A DNA stretch of 64,000 nt from Octopus bimaculoides (Eukaryota). Below are positions 51,701 through 64,000 of the stretch, one piece after another; position 1 is the first letter of the stretch; every line of letters starts with the position of its first letter. Both the position numbers and the translations under genes were made by a program. Below the pieces are notes generated by a model. It was not told the origin of the DNA and did not search any database. It saw only the letters and a list, made by a program, of their open reading frames with translations. The stretch spans positions 80,885,497-80,949,496 of the forward strand of contig NC_068981.1 in NCBI RefSeq assembly GCF_001194135.2, given 5' to 3'.

Positions 51701-53856
51701 TTTGTATTGCGTATTTCTGGCGGGCATTGACTGGTAGAAAATATAAGCAGTTGGACAAAAATACCTTGTTTTATCTAGTTTACATCCCGTTTGAGTTTTA
51801 AGCTCAAATCCTACTAGGTTTGATTTTACTTTTTATTGTCAGGTGCCAATAAAATATGTACGTTTTCAGTCCTAGAATTTGTTTAATTGACTGCCTTTCC
51901 TCGAAATATGTGGCCTTATGTCTATAACTGAACTGATTTGATTAGCTATCACATACTTTCTTACTGATGCTTTTCGTTTCTTTTCTCTCTTACTCAAAGG
52001 AAATTTTATATAAAATATAATTCAACAGATGTGTAGCTTAATATCTACTTCAGCATATCTTTAAGGAAATTACTTTTTATGATGTCAAAGTTGTTAATCT
52101 CATCTTTCTGATACTTATTTATCGATCTCAGATGATAAATAAACAACGAGACTTAAACAACGAAGGCTAGGGACTACTACAAACTGATAACATTACAAGT
52201 AACCTCTGCCACTTTGTCATTTAGCAGAGACCACTCTGTAGTAAGCATTCACCCATTCCTCCACCTGTCTCCAAGCCTTCTTTGTCTAACCATTAAAAAA
52301 TAAAATTAAAAACAGTACACTTTTGTACCAATTTCTTTAATTAACAACCACCACTGCACTATTTAGTATTGATACCTTGAGGTAAAGTACAAACATTTTA
52401 AATAATATGGTATGGCAACAAAACACCACAGTAGTTTCCTATTTCTTGTCATTTGAAAACTGCTTCATTTAAAATAGTTGTGTATTTATAAGAGACTATA
52501 CTTACTATTTAAGATCCTCTCTTACTGATAATTCACTCAATCAATCGAGTAGTTAGCATTAGGAAGGGCATACAACCATAGAGAACCATGCCAAATCAGA
52601 CTGGAGTTTGGTGCAGCCTTCCAGCTTACCAACCCCAGTCAAAACCGTCCAACCCATGCCAGCATGGACAACAGACATTAAATGATTATAATAGAATGAT
52701 TTTTTTTTTTTATCTCAGGCAAAAGTTTTAGTTAATTCTCAACTTTTCTCAATTAAACATTGTTTAATTCACCCAATTAACATCTCAAGAGTTATGGGTT
52801 CAGGAGTTATAAGAATCAATTACAGGAGTAATGGGAGATGTGGCTAAATTGGCACTCAAAAGGGGTGTTAGTATTTAATTATGTCCTTTACATTCTGAGT
52901 TCAAATTCATACCTTTCAGCCTTCTAGAGTTGATAAGCACCAACTTACAAATTAAAAAATGCAAATGGACTACAGTCACTGCTTTTCTACAAGTGAAGTC
53001 AACAAAATAGAAAACTCATAACCATATCATTTAAGCTCCTTTTTTTTTTTTTTTTAGGGATTCAGCAACTATATCATTGTGCTTATTCTAGAACGCAAAA
53101 TTGACATCTAAGACCACTTATGGTTTCAAAGCCTCCTCTTTTGAAGTATACATATTTTAATTAACCCACCAATCATCATTATTTTAAGAACTTTTGGATG
53201 ATTAAATTCCAAGCATCCAAATAAGGTAATATTTACTCTTGTTTGTAAGGCGGTGAGCTGGTAGAATTATTAGCATGCTAGGCAAAATGTTTAGTAGCAT
53301 TTTGTCCATCTTCAAGTTCTGTGCTCAAATTCCACTGAGGTCGACTTTGCCTTTCATCTTTTCAGGGTTAATAAAATAAGTATCAGTTGAATATGGGTTG
53401 ATGTAATCAACTTAACTTCTCCCACAAAATTGCTGGCCTTCTGCCAAAATTTGAAACCAATATTCACCCTTGTTTGAGAGATTGGAAGAAATATTACCTT
53501 ACTTTGAAACAGAAGAGGACTGATGACAAAAAAACCATCTGGCTATAAAAAATCTGCCTCAATAAAGTTTGTCTGATCCATGTAAGCATGGAAAAGTGGA
53601 CATTTAAATAATGATGATGATGATGATTCAGTCAGTTTTCTACCTATATTATGTTCAAACTGGTCATGAACTGCCTCTCACACCTACCCTACAATGTCAT
53701 TCTAAAAGTAAACAACAACATCATTGAAAGAAAACGTATGATTGACAGAGTAATAGACAATGAACTGGGAAATTTGTCTTTCACAAATTTTGATAGGGTT
53801 CTGAAACTTGATTTTTGTTTGTCCTTTTTTTTGTTCTTTTTTTTCTGATTCACAAG

Positions 53857-53883
53857 AATGGTCAATGTCTTCGGTCATGGAAT
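53857..53883 (+). CDS. Candidate exon (MVNVFGHG-I), unidentified gene
   Basis: Long poly-T acceptor, |gtaatt donor, agaATGG context; alternative donor gtacgt at ~53935. Confidence 0.4.
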
Positions 53884-54146
53884 GTAATTCTGTGGACTGA
53901 ACCCGGCCATTCCTCTTTCTGTCTACAGTGTCATGTACGTCCTTGGTCAGACTGACCTTAGTGCCGGTGACACAACAATACCCAGACACATTTCCATCAC
54001 CTGGATTAGTATAATATAACAAAATGATCTGACTATTGTGCTATTACTAAATAAAAGAGGCCAAGCGAGAAATATGAGTCTAAATGGTAAAGAATATATC
54101 ATTTCTTTTCATTCAAAGCAGCTGCTCGAGTTGTTTCATGGAGCTG

Positions 54147-54253
<107 letters not shown>

Positions 54254-54637
54254 GCATTCACTCATGCATTCATGTTCACATGCAAATACAGACAGATGTA
54301 CCTAGGTGTGTCACACACACACACATGCATGTACACATACACACCTACACGTTTGCACACATACTTACACATACACCTACACATGCTCACACGCACGTGC
54401 ATACATACATACATACATGCATCTCTTAAATATAGAACTGTATTATACATACATACATACCTAAATGTGTTTATTCAGAGGTCTAAGCCAATTAAGTGGT
54501 TATATACATACATATGTACATACATATCATTTGGTGTATATGTCATTATGTAGGTTTTATTTTTTTTTAAATCATTGAGGTTAATTACTAAATTTTTTTA
54601 TGCATGCATACACACACACACATGTAAACGCACACAC

Positions 54638-54679
<42 letters not shown>

Positions 54680-54786
54680 CCATATATATATACATGGAAA
54701 GAGAAAGAGATTTATTTACTTCAATTAATCTTTTCTAAATGTAATTAACATTTCACAATTTATTTTCAATCATTTTTCCCCTCCAG

Positions 54787-54892
54787 CTTTGTTTACCATA
54801 TATTTAATTCACGACTTGTGCTCTTCAACTCAGAACTTAAGATTAACTTAGTCCATTACCTAATTAAAGAAATAGTAAAGATGGAACCTGGT
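54787..54892 (+). CDS. Candidate exon (FVYHIFNSRLVLFNSELKINLVHYLIKEIVKMEPG)
   Basis: Strong acceptor tttttcccctccag|; only the phase-2 frame is open, matching the previous exon; donors at 54891 or 54893. Confidence 0.55.
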
Positions 54893-55129
54893 GTATGGTT
54901 GCTCACCATACTAGAAATAACACCTAACTCTTCCTTAATTTACACTGTACTATTTCAGGAAAATGGACGGACATATAGCTTTAGGTGTGGCTGTGTGGCT
55001 AGAAGTTTGCTTCTTAACCACATGGTCCTCAGTTCAGTCCCACTACATAGCAAATGTTTTCTAGTGGGCCGACCAAAGCCTTGTAGTGGGCAGAAACTGA
55101 AAGAAGCCTGTCATATACTTATATGTATG

Positions 55130-55160
<31 letters not shown>

Positions 55161-56433
55161 ATATATATATTTGTGTGTTTGTGTCTGTGTTTGACCCCAC
55201 CCACCATCGCTTGACAACTGATATTGGTGTGTTATGTCTGTGTAACATAGAAGTTCAGCAAAAGAGACCAATAGAATAAGTACAAGGCTGACAAAGAATA
55301 TGCCCTGAGGTCAGTTTCTTTGACTAAAACCCCTTAAGGTGGTACTCCAGCATTGCCAGTCAAATGACTGAAACAAATAAAAAAAAATGTGTGTGTGTGC
55401 ACGTGTGTGTGTGTGTGCGCGTGTGTGTGTGTGCGCGTGTGTGTGTGTGTGTGTGTTGCATTTTCCTAGCCTTGACATTGCATGATCATTGTAAATAAGT
55501 GTCATTGTCACTCAAGCAGTGTCTCCTATTTCCAATCTTCCATGAAAACATGTTTGGTCATTTGAAAACAGGTAATAGTAGGTGATATGGTGGGCATCTG
55601 GCCATAGAGAAATCTGTCTTGAAACAAATTCCTTCTGACTCATATGAGTAAGGAAAATGATGATGACCTTGATTAATGTATTTGAGTTTCTTGGTTAAAG
55701 TGTCTAGAAAAATAAATAAAATAAAAAATTGAAAGACAGGATGGTCAGGCTGGAATGTCTTTCACCAAAAGTCTGCTCAATCAGAAATGATCTGGAGTTA
55801 AACAACATTATATTGACATACCCTTGTTACAGACAAGAGAACCTTTGTATAGTCACTGAGTTACAAGAAATACCAAACAAATCTTCAAACCATACACTCT
55901 ACAATGTTTAAAAGAGAAAAGATTCGGTCAGTACATTATGTCTGAATAAAAGAAGGATTTATTCTTTTATTCTTTTAGACGTTTCAGTCATTTGACTGTG
56001 GCCATACTGGAGCACCACCTTAAATGGTTTTTGTCAAAGAAATCCACCCCAGTACTTATTCTTTGTAAGCTTAGTACTTATTCTACCAGTCTCTTTGTCG
56101 AACTACTAAATTTCGGGGACATAGATACACCAACATCAGTTGTCAAGCAATGATTGGGGGAACAAACACAGATGTTCACATTTTTAATGTCTTTAATCAT
56201 AATATTGCTCAATCAGGATTGTCCTAGGGTTAAACAAAAACAAGATTTAGCCAGCAAAGACCACAACTTCCAATTTATTTGGAATATTTGGAAGCTGGCT
56301 TCTAAACTAGGTTGATCAAATTATCAGATGTAAAGCTTTCAGACTAAAGTTAATTTCTCTATTAAAATAGACTTCATAATGAGACATTGTTGATTAACTC
56401 TCTCCCTGTCTCCCTCTCATGTTTTGATGTCAG

Positions 56434-56534
56434 GCATTTATGAGGAAGGGATACCATCTACACATACTTTCTTTTCATTGGAAAGAGATAATTGGCCAAG
56501 ACAACTCCCAATGGAATTTGAACAAGCAAAAAAA
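56434..56534 (+). CDS. Candidate exon, two open frames (GIYEEGIPSTHTFFSLERDNWPRQLPMEFEQAKK or AFMRKGYHLHILSFHWKEIIGQDNSQWNLNKQK)
   Basis: CT-rich acceptor ...gatgtcag| and |gtgagg donor. Confidence 0.6.
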
Positions 56535-56899
56535 GTGAGGTGCATAAGAAAAATCAGGTGTTTAATCTGGCAGTTTATCGTTTCAAACTCAGCAGCAGGG
56601 AGCCTCTTTGTGATGACTCAAAATGCTGGAAATGGCAACCAAATATCTTCAAAACACTTCTCTACTTGCTAAAAATAAGTAAGAAAAGATTTGATTATAC
56701 TTCAAGATATTCTTAAGGAAAAAAAAATTAACAGTTAAGGCTGTAATTCGTTTGACCATAAGTATGTGCTGTCAGGGCTGAACTGAAAGTCAAACCAAAG
56801 CACCAATTACAGCATCAACATTGTGTATGTGTGTGTGTGTTTGAATAAGGAAGAAATTTTTTTTATTTTACAAGAGCACACACATGCACATGTATATAT

Positions 56900-58180
56900 G
56901 GCTGAAAATATACGGTGAAGTAGATAAAACATCAGTTACTCATAACTAATTAATTACAGGGTGTTGTCAGAAAACAATAGTTACCATACAGGTGTGTAAA
57001 TCAACTTCTACAACTTCAAAGATTGCTCTGAAGAAACACAAGTAGAGAGTATCAACTTGAAAGGCCAGGTTATGAAAGTCACTGCAAAAGTTATATCACA
57101 ACTAGTCCAAAAGAAAATTAGCTCAATTGAATTGCGGTCTAGGATTGTCCTAAGTCAAGTACCCTTTTCTTGGTACAACTCTGGGAGAAGCACTTAGCTA
57201 AAAGTAAGCCACTCTGTCTAGCATTCATCAGCCTGGAGAAAACCTTTGACAGAGTTCCAACTCAGAAGTCTGGTGACTGTTAAGAAAAACAGGTACAGAT
57301 GAATGACTTGTGAGAGCCATGCAATCTATTTACAGAGGTGTTATCATCAAGGTGAAAGTTGGTAGTGTGTTTAGTAACAAATTTAGCAAACTGGTAGGCC
57401 ACCATCAGGGCATGGTTTGGAGTCCCCTCTTGTTTACTATATTTCTACCCGTCAGAGTGTAAGTATCTTGAGAGAAAAGCTGAACATTAGAAGCATCAGT
57501 TGTGGTGTGCAAGAGAGACGATTGCGCTGGTATGGACATGTGGTGAGAATGGATGAGGATAGCTGCGTGAAAAAGTGCCACACCCTAACAGTTGAGGGAA
57601 CCCGTGGAAGAGGTAGGCCCAGGAAGACCTGGGCTGAGGTGGTGAGGCAAGACCTTCGTACATTGGGCCTCACCGAGGCGATGACTACTGACCGAGACCT
57701 TTGGAAATGTGCTGTGCGTGAGAAGACCCGGCAAGCCAAGTAAGATCGTTGCCAGTGCCCCTGGACTGGCTCTTGTGCGGGNNNNNNNNNNNNNNNNNNN
57801 NNNNNNNNNNNNNNNNNNNNNNNNNNNNNNNNNNNNNNNNNNNNNNNNNNNNNNNNNNNNNNNNNNNNNCCAGTACCGCCTGACTGGCTCCCGTAGGATT
57901 TTCGAGCGAGATCGTTGCCAGTGCCCCTGGACTGGCTTGTGTGGGTGGCACATAAAAGACACCATTTCAAGCGTGGCCGTTTTCGTGCGGGTGACACGTA
58001 AAAGCACCCACTACACTCTCTGAGTGGTTGGCGTTAGGAAGGGCATCCAGCTGTAGAAACTCTGCCAAATTAGATTGGAGCCTGGTGTTGCCATCCGGTT
58101 TCACCCGTCCTCAGTCAAATCGTCCAACCCATGCTAGCATGGAAAGCGGACGTTAAACGATGATGATGATGATGATGATG
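56900..58180 (+). mobile_element. Internally deleted RTE LINE with 3' UTR and (GAT)n tail
   Basis: QVMKVTAKVISQL, KHLAKSKPLCLAFISLEKTFDRVP, then RRLRWYGHVVRMDEDSCVKKC...GRGRPRKTW...AVREKTRQAK* (57743). Confidence 0.9.
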
Positions 58181-58513
58181 TAACAGAGGAGAGACTATGT
58201 AAATGATGTTGAGATTTTGGTGTTAGTGACTGTTGTAGCTGTAGAAACTCTCATGCAATGTAGCAGATTGAGGTGAGTAGGCCATATAGTACATATGATA
58301 GATGAGAGAATTCCAAAGTATCTGCTCTTCAACTCTGTGGAAAACTACATTCATTTTGTAAAGGACACTTCACAAACCGAAATTAAAAATACAAAGACTT
58401 AAATTTAATTTGATAAAAGCAAAAGTTAGTAGGAAGTACAGGGAAAAATACAATTGATATCTATCTGTCTACCTGTTTACCTATCTATCTATCTTCATAT
58501 TCTATGTCCATAG

Positions 58514-58582
58514 GCATCAGTGATCATGGACTACTATACCAAAATGTGAAGATTCATGATTTTTTGGGGGAAAGATACAGCT
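58514..58582 (+). CDS. Candidate exon (G-ISDHGLLYQNVKIHDFLGERYS)
   Basis: ctatgtccatag| ... |gtaatt; only the phase 1 to 1 frame is open. Confidence 0.55.
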
Positions 58583-59107
58583 GTAATTTCCTGTTGCCTT
58601 CTGTTGGTTTATCTAGTTTACTCTACTAGTCTTCTACTCTACTAAGCTTATACTCGAGGTACAAAGCTTTATTTAATCTTTAAGTAAGAGGACTGGTTTG
58701 CCTAACATCAGAGCATGTCCACACCCCAACAGGGATGTGTGAAACATACCTAGAAGCCCATGCTCCTAGGTAGCCACAGGATCAGCTTTTCCTACTTAAC
58801 CCATAACTGGGACCCTTAAGGGGTACTACCACCTTAGGTCAGGGCAAATCTGGGAGTCATGATTAATGAGTAACTCCATACGCCTCAAAGCTATTGAACT
58901 CTCAGGCTGGATCCTCACCACCACATGCAGTTTAATGTCTCGCACAATAGATAAAATGTCATGGATAGAAATATATACTCAATGTATCCAAGGATTTTGA
59001 TGAGAATTGTTAAATACAAAATTGTAATGAGACACTAGGAAAGGAAATCTCATAGATATTAATATCATTTGAAGTGTTCAATTTGTAATTGAGATTGTCT
59101 TTCTAAG

Positions 59108-59142
59108 GCTACTCCAGGTTACATGAACCAAAACCACCTGAG
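59108..59142 (+). CDS. Candidate exon (C-YSRLHEPKPPE)
   Basis: gtctttctaag| ... GAG|gtaaca; phase 1 to 0, links 58514 to 59535. Confidence 0.55.
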
Positions 59143-59534
59143 GTAACATATGTCTGTCAATCAAGTGTACAAATGTCTTTTCTATTGATGGTTCAAAAAT
59201 GTTAATTGTCATGGTTTTGAATTACATTTAACTGAAATGGTCAAAACTGCAGATTATCAGCAGGGCTAAAGAGTTGTCTTTGCTTTGTGGATCATTAACA
59301 AACAGTTATATGCATTATCAAATTAACTTTCTGTTCAAATAACATGTTTTGCCATGCAATCAAGTGTTGAACAGGGACTTAAGGTAGCATTTTACATCTA
59401 GTTGCTCTTTCTGTTACCAATCCTGACCTGTTTTTCAAGCAAAGGATTTTTTATTCAACAGATCTTTGCAAATGCAGAATGACTGGTCATAATGTCAGCA
59501 AGAATCTTTAAAATAATATTACTATTTCACTCAG

Positions 59535-59576
59535 GTGGTAACAAGTGAAGTTGTTGAATGTGAACATTTATACAAT
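59535..59576 (+). CDS. Candidate exon (VVTSEVVECEHLYN)
   Basis: ctatttcactcag| ... |gtatgc; phase 0 to 0. Confidence 0.55.
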
Positions 59577-60139
59577 GTATGCACACACACACATACAGCT
59601 GTTGGCTGGTGTCCTCTACAATAGCTGTGGGTTGACCATTTCCTTTTGAATGAACTGGAGGGAACTTGTCACATAAATGTGTGTGTGTGTGTGTGTGCAT
59701 ATGAGTGGATGCATATTCTTATTGTCTTGCCTTGTGCATGCTGATTACAAACAAAAGTATCACTGTTTGTATTGACAGTGTGTTTGTTTGTAGTCCTCCA
59801 AAAAGCCTTTCCTGACTTTCAATAGACTAGAGGAATTACTGTCTGGAAATAGGTGAAGGTTGGCATCAGGAAGGCCACAGAAAATTCTGCAACAGTGTTT
59901 CACCTGATACATGCAAGTATAGAAAAGTAGATGTTAAAATGACGATGATTATATATTATCATAATGGGCTTCTATACAGTTTCTGTCTTCCAATTCCATG
60001 TACAATGCATTGATTGGACTGAGGCTATAAAAGAAGGCGCCTGCCCTAGCTGTCACACTGTGAGACAGAGCCTGAAACCAACTGGAGGTAATTCTGACTT
60101 ATTAACCACACAGCAATACCTATACATCTGCATGTATGT

Positions 60140-60610
60140 ATGTGTGGAATGTACCGTCCAAGCATGATCATTGCCAGAGCAGCTGTCTGGCTTCCATGCC
60201 GGTGGCATGTAAATAACACCATTTGAGCGTGATCGTTACCAGCGTCGCCTTACTGGCATGTGAAAAAACATTCAAGCAAGGTCATTGCCAGTGCCGCTGG
60301 ACTGGCTCCTGTGCAGGTGGCACGTAAAAAACACCATTTGAGTATGGCCATTGCCAGTACCGCCTGACTGGCCCTCGTGCCGNNNNNNNNNNGGTGGCAC
60401 GTAAAAAACACCATTTGAGTATGGCCATTGCCAGTACCGCCTGACTGGCCCTCGTGCCGGTGGCACATAAAAGCTCCCACTACACTCTCGGAGTGGTTGG
60501 CGTTAGGAAGGGCATTCAGATTGGAACCTGTCACCAGTCCTCAGTCAAATCGTCCAACCCATGCTAGCATGGACAGCAGACGTTAAATGATGATGATGAT
60601 GATAATGATA
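60140..60610 (+). mobile_element. RTE 3'-UTR-derived repeat with internal ~62-bp tandem units and (GAT)n tail
   Basis: Same sequence as 57745-58180; further copies at ~49915-50090 (-) and ~60620-60770 (-). Confidence 0.8.
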
Positions 60611-60812
60611 TATATATATCATCATCATCATCATCGTTTAACATCCGTCTTATGTGCATGCATGGGTAGGATGGTTGACAGGAGCTGGCCAGGTAGAAAA
60701 CAATCCTAGGCTACTATGTCTGTTTTGGCAGGGTTTCTATGGCTGGATGCTTTTTATGTGGCACCAGCACTGGCAGAATAAGAAATAGAAAGTCCTTAGT
60801 ACAGTATTATAT

Positions 60813-60947
60813 ATTTGAAAGAAATGAATAGAAATGGTTTTCTGATCATCTTTCCATTTTAACAATTAGAACACCTAACTTATGAACATCTAATTATTAA
60901 AGTGGAAAAATGATCAGAAAAGCCATTTCTATTCATTTTGTCAAATA
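60813..60947. repeat. Near-perfect hairpin (~57-bp arms, 20-nt loop)
   Basis: AAATGAATAGAAATGGTTTTCTGATCATCTTTCCATTTTAACAATTAG versus its reverse complement at 60890-60938. Confidence 0.85.
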
Positions 60948-60950
60948 CAA

Positions 60951-60984
<34 letters not shown>

Positions 60985-61122
60985 TTAGATGCATACATAC
61001 ACATACACACATACATGTATTAACATGCATCTCACAAACACAAATGAGCATAACATATGAATCTACATGTGCATGATATATTTATAGCATATTCTCATAT
61101 GTGGGTGGGTGTACATAGCATG

Positions 61123-61161
<39 letters not shown>

Positions 61162-61338
61162 CACACTCACACTCACACACAAACACAAACACATGAAATG
61201 AAGTAAGGAGATAGTTATAGTTGGCCAAGCATAACTTCTAATCATAGAACACCTTTTTTTTTTTTTAAAGATGTTTCAGATGGCATAATGTTGGGGTTTT
61301 GTAGTGTGATGTAGCTGTGTATTTATCATCCTGTGCAG

Positions 61339-61382
61339 GGTGGGCTGATGATGTTCTCTGTTCCAGAAAATCTAACTTAAAG
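61339..61382 (+). CDS. Candidate exon (WADDVLCSRKSNLK)
   Basis: catcctgtgcag| ... AAG|gtagtt; phase 1 to 0. A linking phase 0 to 1 exon after 59576 was not found. Confidence 0.4.
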
Positions 61383-61511
61383 GTAGTTTTGTAGCAATAT
61401 ATTAAGGACAGTAACTGCTATAGAATAATGGTAAATTCATAGAAAACCCCTGCCTGCAAATTTCATGTCTCTCTTATTATATACTTTCACTTTAGATTGT
61501 TAAAATCTTAG

Positions 61512-61553
61512 TGGAAAACAATGAACATCTCAACCTCACATTTCATCATTTCT
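61512..61553 (+). CDS. Candidate exon (WKTMNISTSHFIIS); alternative acceptor at 61496 gives IVKILVENNEHLNLTFHHF
   Basis: |gtaaat donor; two competing acceptors give different frames. Confidence 0.4.
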
Positions 61554-61957
61554 GTAAATTTCAAGTTTTTTTTTATAATTTTTTTTTTTTGTATTTTTTA
61601 CTTGTTTCAATCTTTGAACTCTGCCTTGAAGAGTACTTATTTTTTAACCTGCTACTTATTCAATTGGTCTCTTTTGCTGTACCACTAAGTTACAGGGATG
61701 TAAACAAACTGACACCAGTTGTCAGGCAATAGTAGAAGACAGACACACACACAGACACACACACACATATATATATATATGAGAGCCTCTTCAGTTTCCA
61801 TCTATCAAATCTACTCACAAGGCTTTGATTGACCCTGGCTATAGTAAAAGAGACTTACCCAAAGTGCCACTGAATCCAAGACCACATGATTGAGAAGCAA
61901 GCTTCTAACCTTACAACCATGCCTGCACCTACAAAAAGTCATATATAATGTATTTAG

Positions 61958-62014
61958 TTTCAATCGGATGCAGTCCCTATGAAGTTGAGGTGCCAGACAC
62001 ACAATATAGGATCG
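61958..62014 (+). CDS. Candidate exon (FSIGCSPYEVEVPDTQYRI)
   Basis: gtatttag| ... |gtaagt consensus donor; 57 nt, phase 0 to 0. Confidence 0.55.
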
Positions 62015-62193
62015 TAAGTTCAAATTTTATTTAACTAGTTTGTTGTGGCACTGAACACACAATTTTCACTTACCTCAGTTTGCTTGTTTCTCAAGCCTAA
62101 TTTCTACTTTATGGTTGAGTAGTTACGGCAGGTTACTTGTACCACTCTAAAAACTATTGCTTGTTCTAGCAAACATGTTTACATTCACACTAG

Positions 62194-62349
62194 TATAATG
62201 ATGTTGATATAAAAGGAAAGAGTGGTTGTTGCTGGCAGACTGTGTTGGAAGTTGAAGAAGAAGATAAAGATATTTCTTATGTCAACAGATTTAATCATTT
62301 TATTGAATTATCATATGATTGTTATATTACCTCTGTTGTACATATATGA
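62194..62349 (+). CDS. Candidate exon (YNDVDIKGKSGCCWQTVLEVEEEDKDISYVNRF...); 3' end uncertain
   Basis: cattcacactag| phase 0; 51 open codons to TGA. Confidence 0.5.
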   Translation, partial: YNDVDIKGKSGCCWQTVLEVEEEDKDISYVNRFNHFIELSYDCYITSVVHI

Positions 62350-62369
62350 GAGAGAAAGAAATACACAGG

Positions 62370-62865
62370 AACTGCATATCTGCTGTCTCTTGAAAGATGT
62401 AAGAGAAGGAATGACAGCAAATGATGTGAGAGAAAAGTGGCTTTGTACCAAACTAAAAAAATTCATTTTAATGGAACATCACCACAAAATTGCTGGCCTT
62501 GTGCCAAAATTTGAAGACATAATGAGGATTAAAGCACCACAAAGATCAATCACTAAAAAAATAAATGGCATGATGGGACTTGATTATTAGGCTTGATTTA
62601 AACAGCTGAAACTCTATTCTCTGCAACGCCACCATGAGCAATACATTATTTGCATCATGTGGAAAATATTCCACCAATATTATCCAAATGATATCAGTAT
62701 TATGTTTACAATTCACCCAAGATTAGGCCCCTGTGTAATGTGTCCCCTACAAAGGTCGAGATCGCATCACATAAGAACATTGCGACACAATTTCTTCACT
62801 GCAAATGGTCCTGCTCTTTTCAATGTTACCCTGAAAGAAATTAAAGTAGGAAATGCTGAATAAAC
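62370..62865 (+). pseudogene. CR1-type LINE RT C-terminal relics
   Basis: LKQLKLYSLQRHHEQYIICIMWKI...ANGPALFNV matches the LKLYSLQRRRERY...GPxLFN motif. Confidence 0.75.
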
Positions 62866-63007
62866 CACCTATATCTGGATACATCTCACCCAACAACTCT
62901 CTGCTTGAGTGGTCCATGGTGTCCCGAAATCAGTAACTAAAAGATTTTTTCAGGTGGTGCTATTGAGTTAGTCATGGTTGGGCTGATAATGGCTGAAACC
63001 AATCTAA

Positions 63008-63196
<189 letters not shown>

Positions 63197-63932
63197 AACA
63201 TTAACATTAACAACAACAGTAATAGTTTAGTGGCAGATTAAATGTCTAATATTTAGCTCTGCTCGTTTCTGCTTTGTGTTCAAATCCTGCTAAAGTTATC
63301 TTTGTCTTCTATTCCACCAGGGTAAAGATAAGCACCTATAATATACTGAGAGTTTATTTAATCAACTACACTAATCCCTTATATATTTAGAAATTTATGC
63401 AAATGTTAGAAACCAATATTATTATTTATAATGATTTTGTACAGACAGTTGTCATGACTTTGGCAACTTGAAGATGATTTAAAGAAATGCAGAGATCTAG
63501 ATGAATATGTTTGTCTACATTACTCCATAAGGAGCATAGGACTGGTTTCCTAGCTTCTCTGATGTATATATTCCTTCCTGGACAGGAGTATTCATTTTTA
63601 CCAGCTGACCAGATTGGAGCAACATGAAATGAAGTGTTTTTTGCTCAAGGACACAATTCATTGCTCAGTCCAGGAATTGAAACCACAATCTTATGATCAT
63701 GAGTCCAACACTCTAACCATCAAGCCAAGCATAGGCTGATAATTGTAATATTTAAAATCTGCAATTAAGAGCCCTATCTACTCGCTGTCGGTACCTACCC
63801 ACCCCTACCCATTTTCCTTTATTCAAAAATTCTTATCGCTCCTTAAAATTATGGCTTTTAAGTGTTGATTTCTCAGCCCAAGAATTACAGCGTGATGTGC
63901 TGCTTGACTGGTCCCCCCTCTCTCTCTCTCTT

Positions 63933-63963
<31 letters not shown>

Positions 63964-64000
63964 GATGATGATGATCTTTTCTCCCGCCATGCCTCTGTCT

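Noticed and set aside
53862-54000. Minus-strand exon reading GDGNVSGYCCVTGTK...
   Set aside because: Overlaps a + strand exon that chains with downstream exons; no partner minus exon found. Not fully excluded.
58240-58430. Strong donors GAG|gtgagt (~58273) and AAA|gttagt (58425)
   Set aside because: The region translates as an RTE-BovB relic (VETLMQCSRLR*VGHIVHMIDERIPKYLL).

Overview
Eukaryotic, AT-rich, repeat-dominated genomic DNA with many N gaps, most of them flanked by (TA)n/(CA)n/(CT)n microsatellites. The SINE/LINE families look like those I recall from octopod cephalopods (inference, not a database result). Most ORF-track entries are microsatellite or gap artefacts. What the sequence supports: (1) tRNA-headed SINEs of two types; RTE, CR1, L1/Tx1 and R4-like LINE relics; Tigger/pogo, hAT, Merlin-type and Helitron DNA elements, often nested with readable TSDs. 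(2) Three Penelope-type pLTR remnants carrying minimal type I hammerhead ribozyme motifs; the one at 6346-6386 has an intact core. (3) A ~1.96 kb ORF1-only non-LTR element with TSD that shares its 3' tail with an L1/Tx1 LINE in the window. (4) An unidentified + strand gene made of small exons (~51.6 to >62.3 kb), whose start coincides with a visible switch to CpG-depleted sequence. (5) Weaker exon candidates for a second + strand gene (~28.9-35.2 kb) and for minus-strand first exons. No host gene could be named; all exon models were parsed by eye and need RNA-seq.
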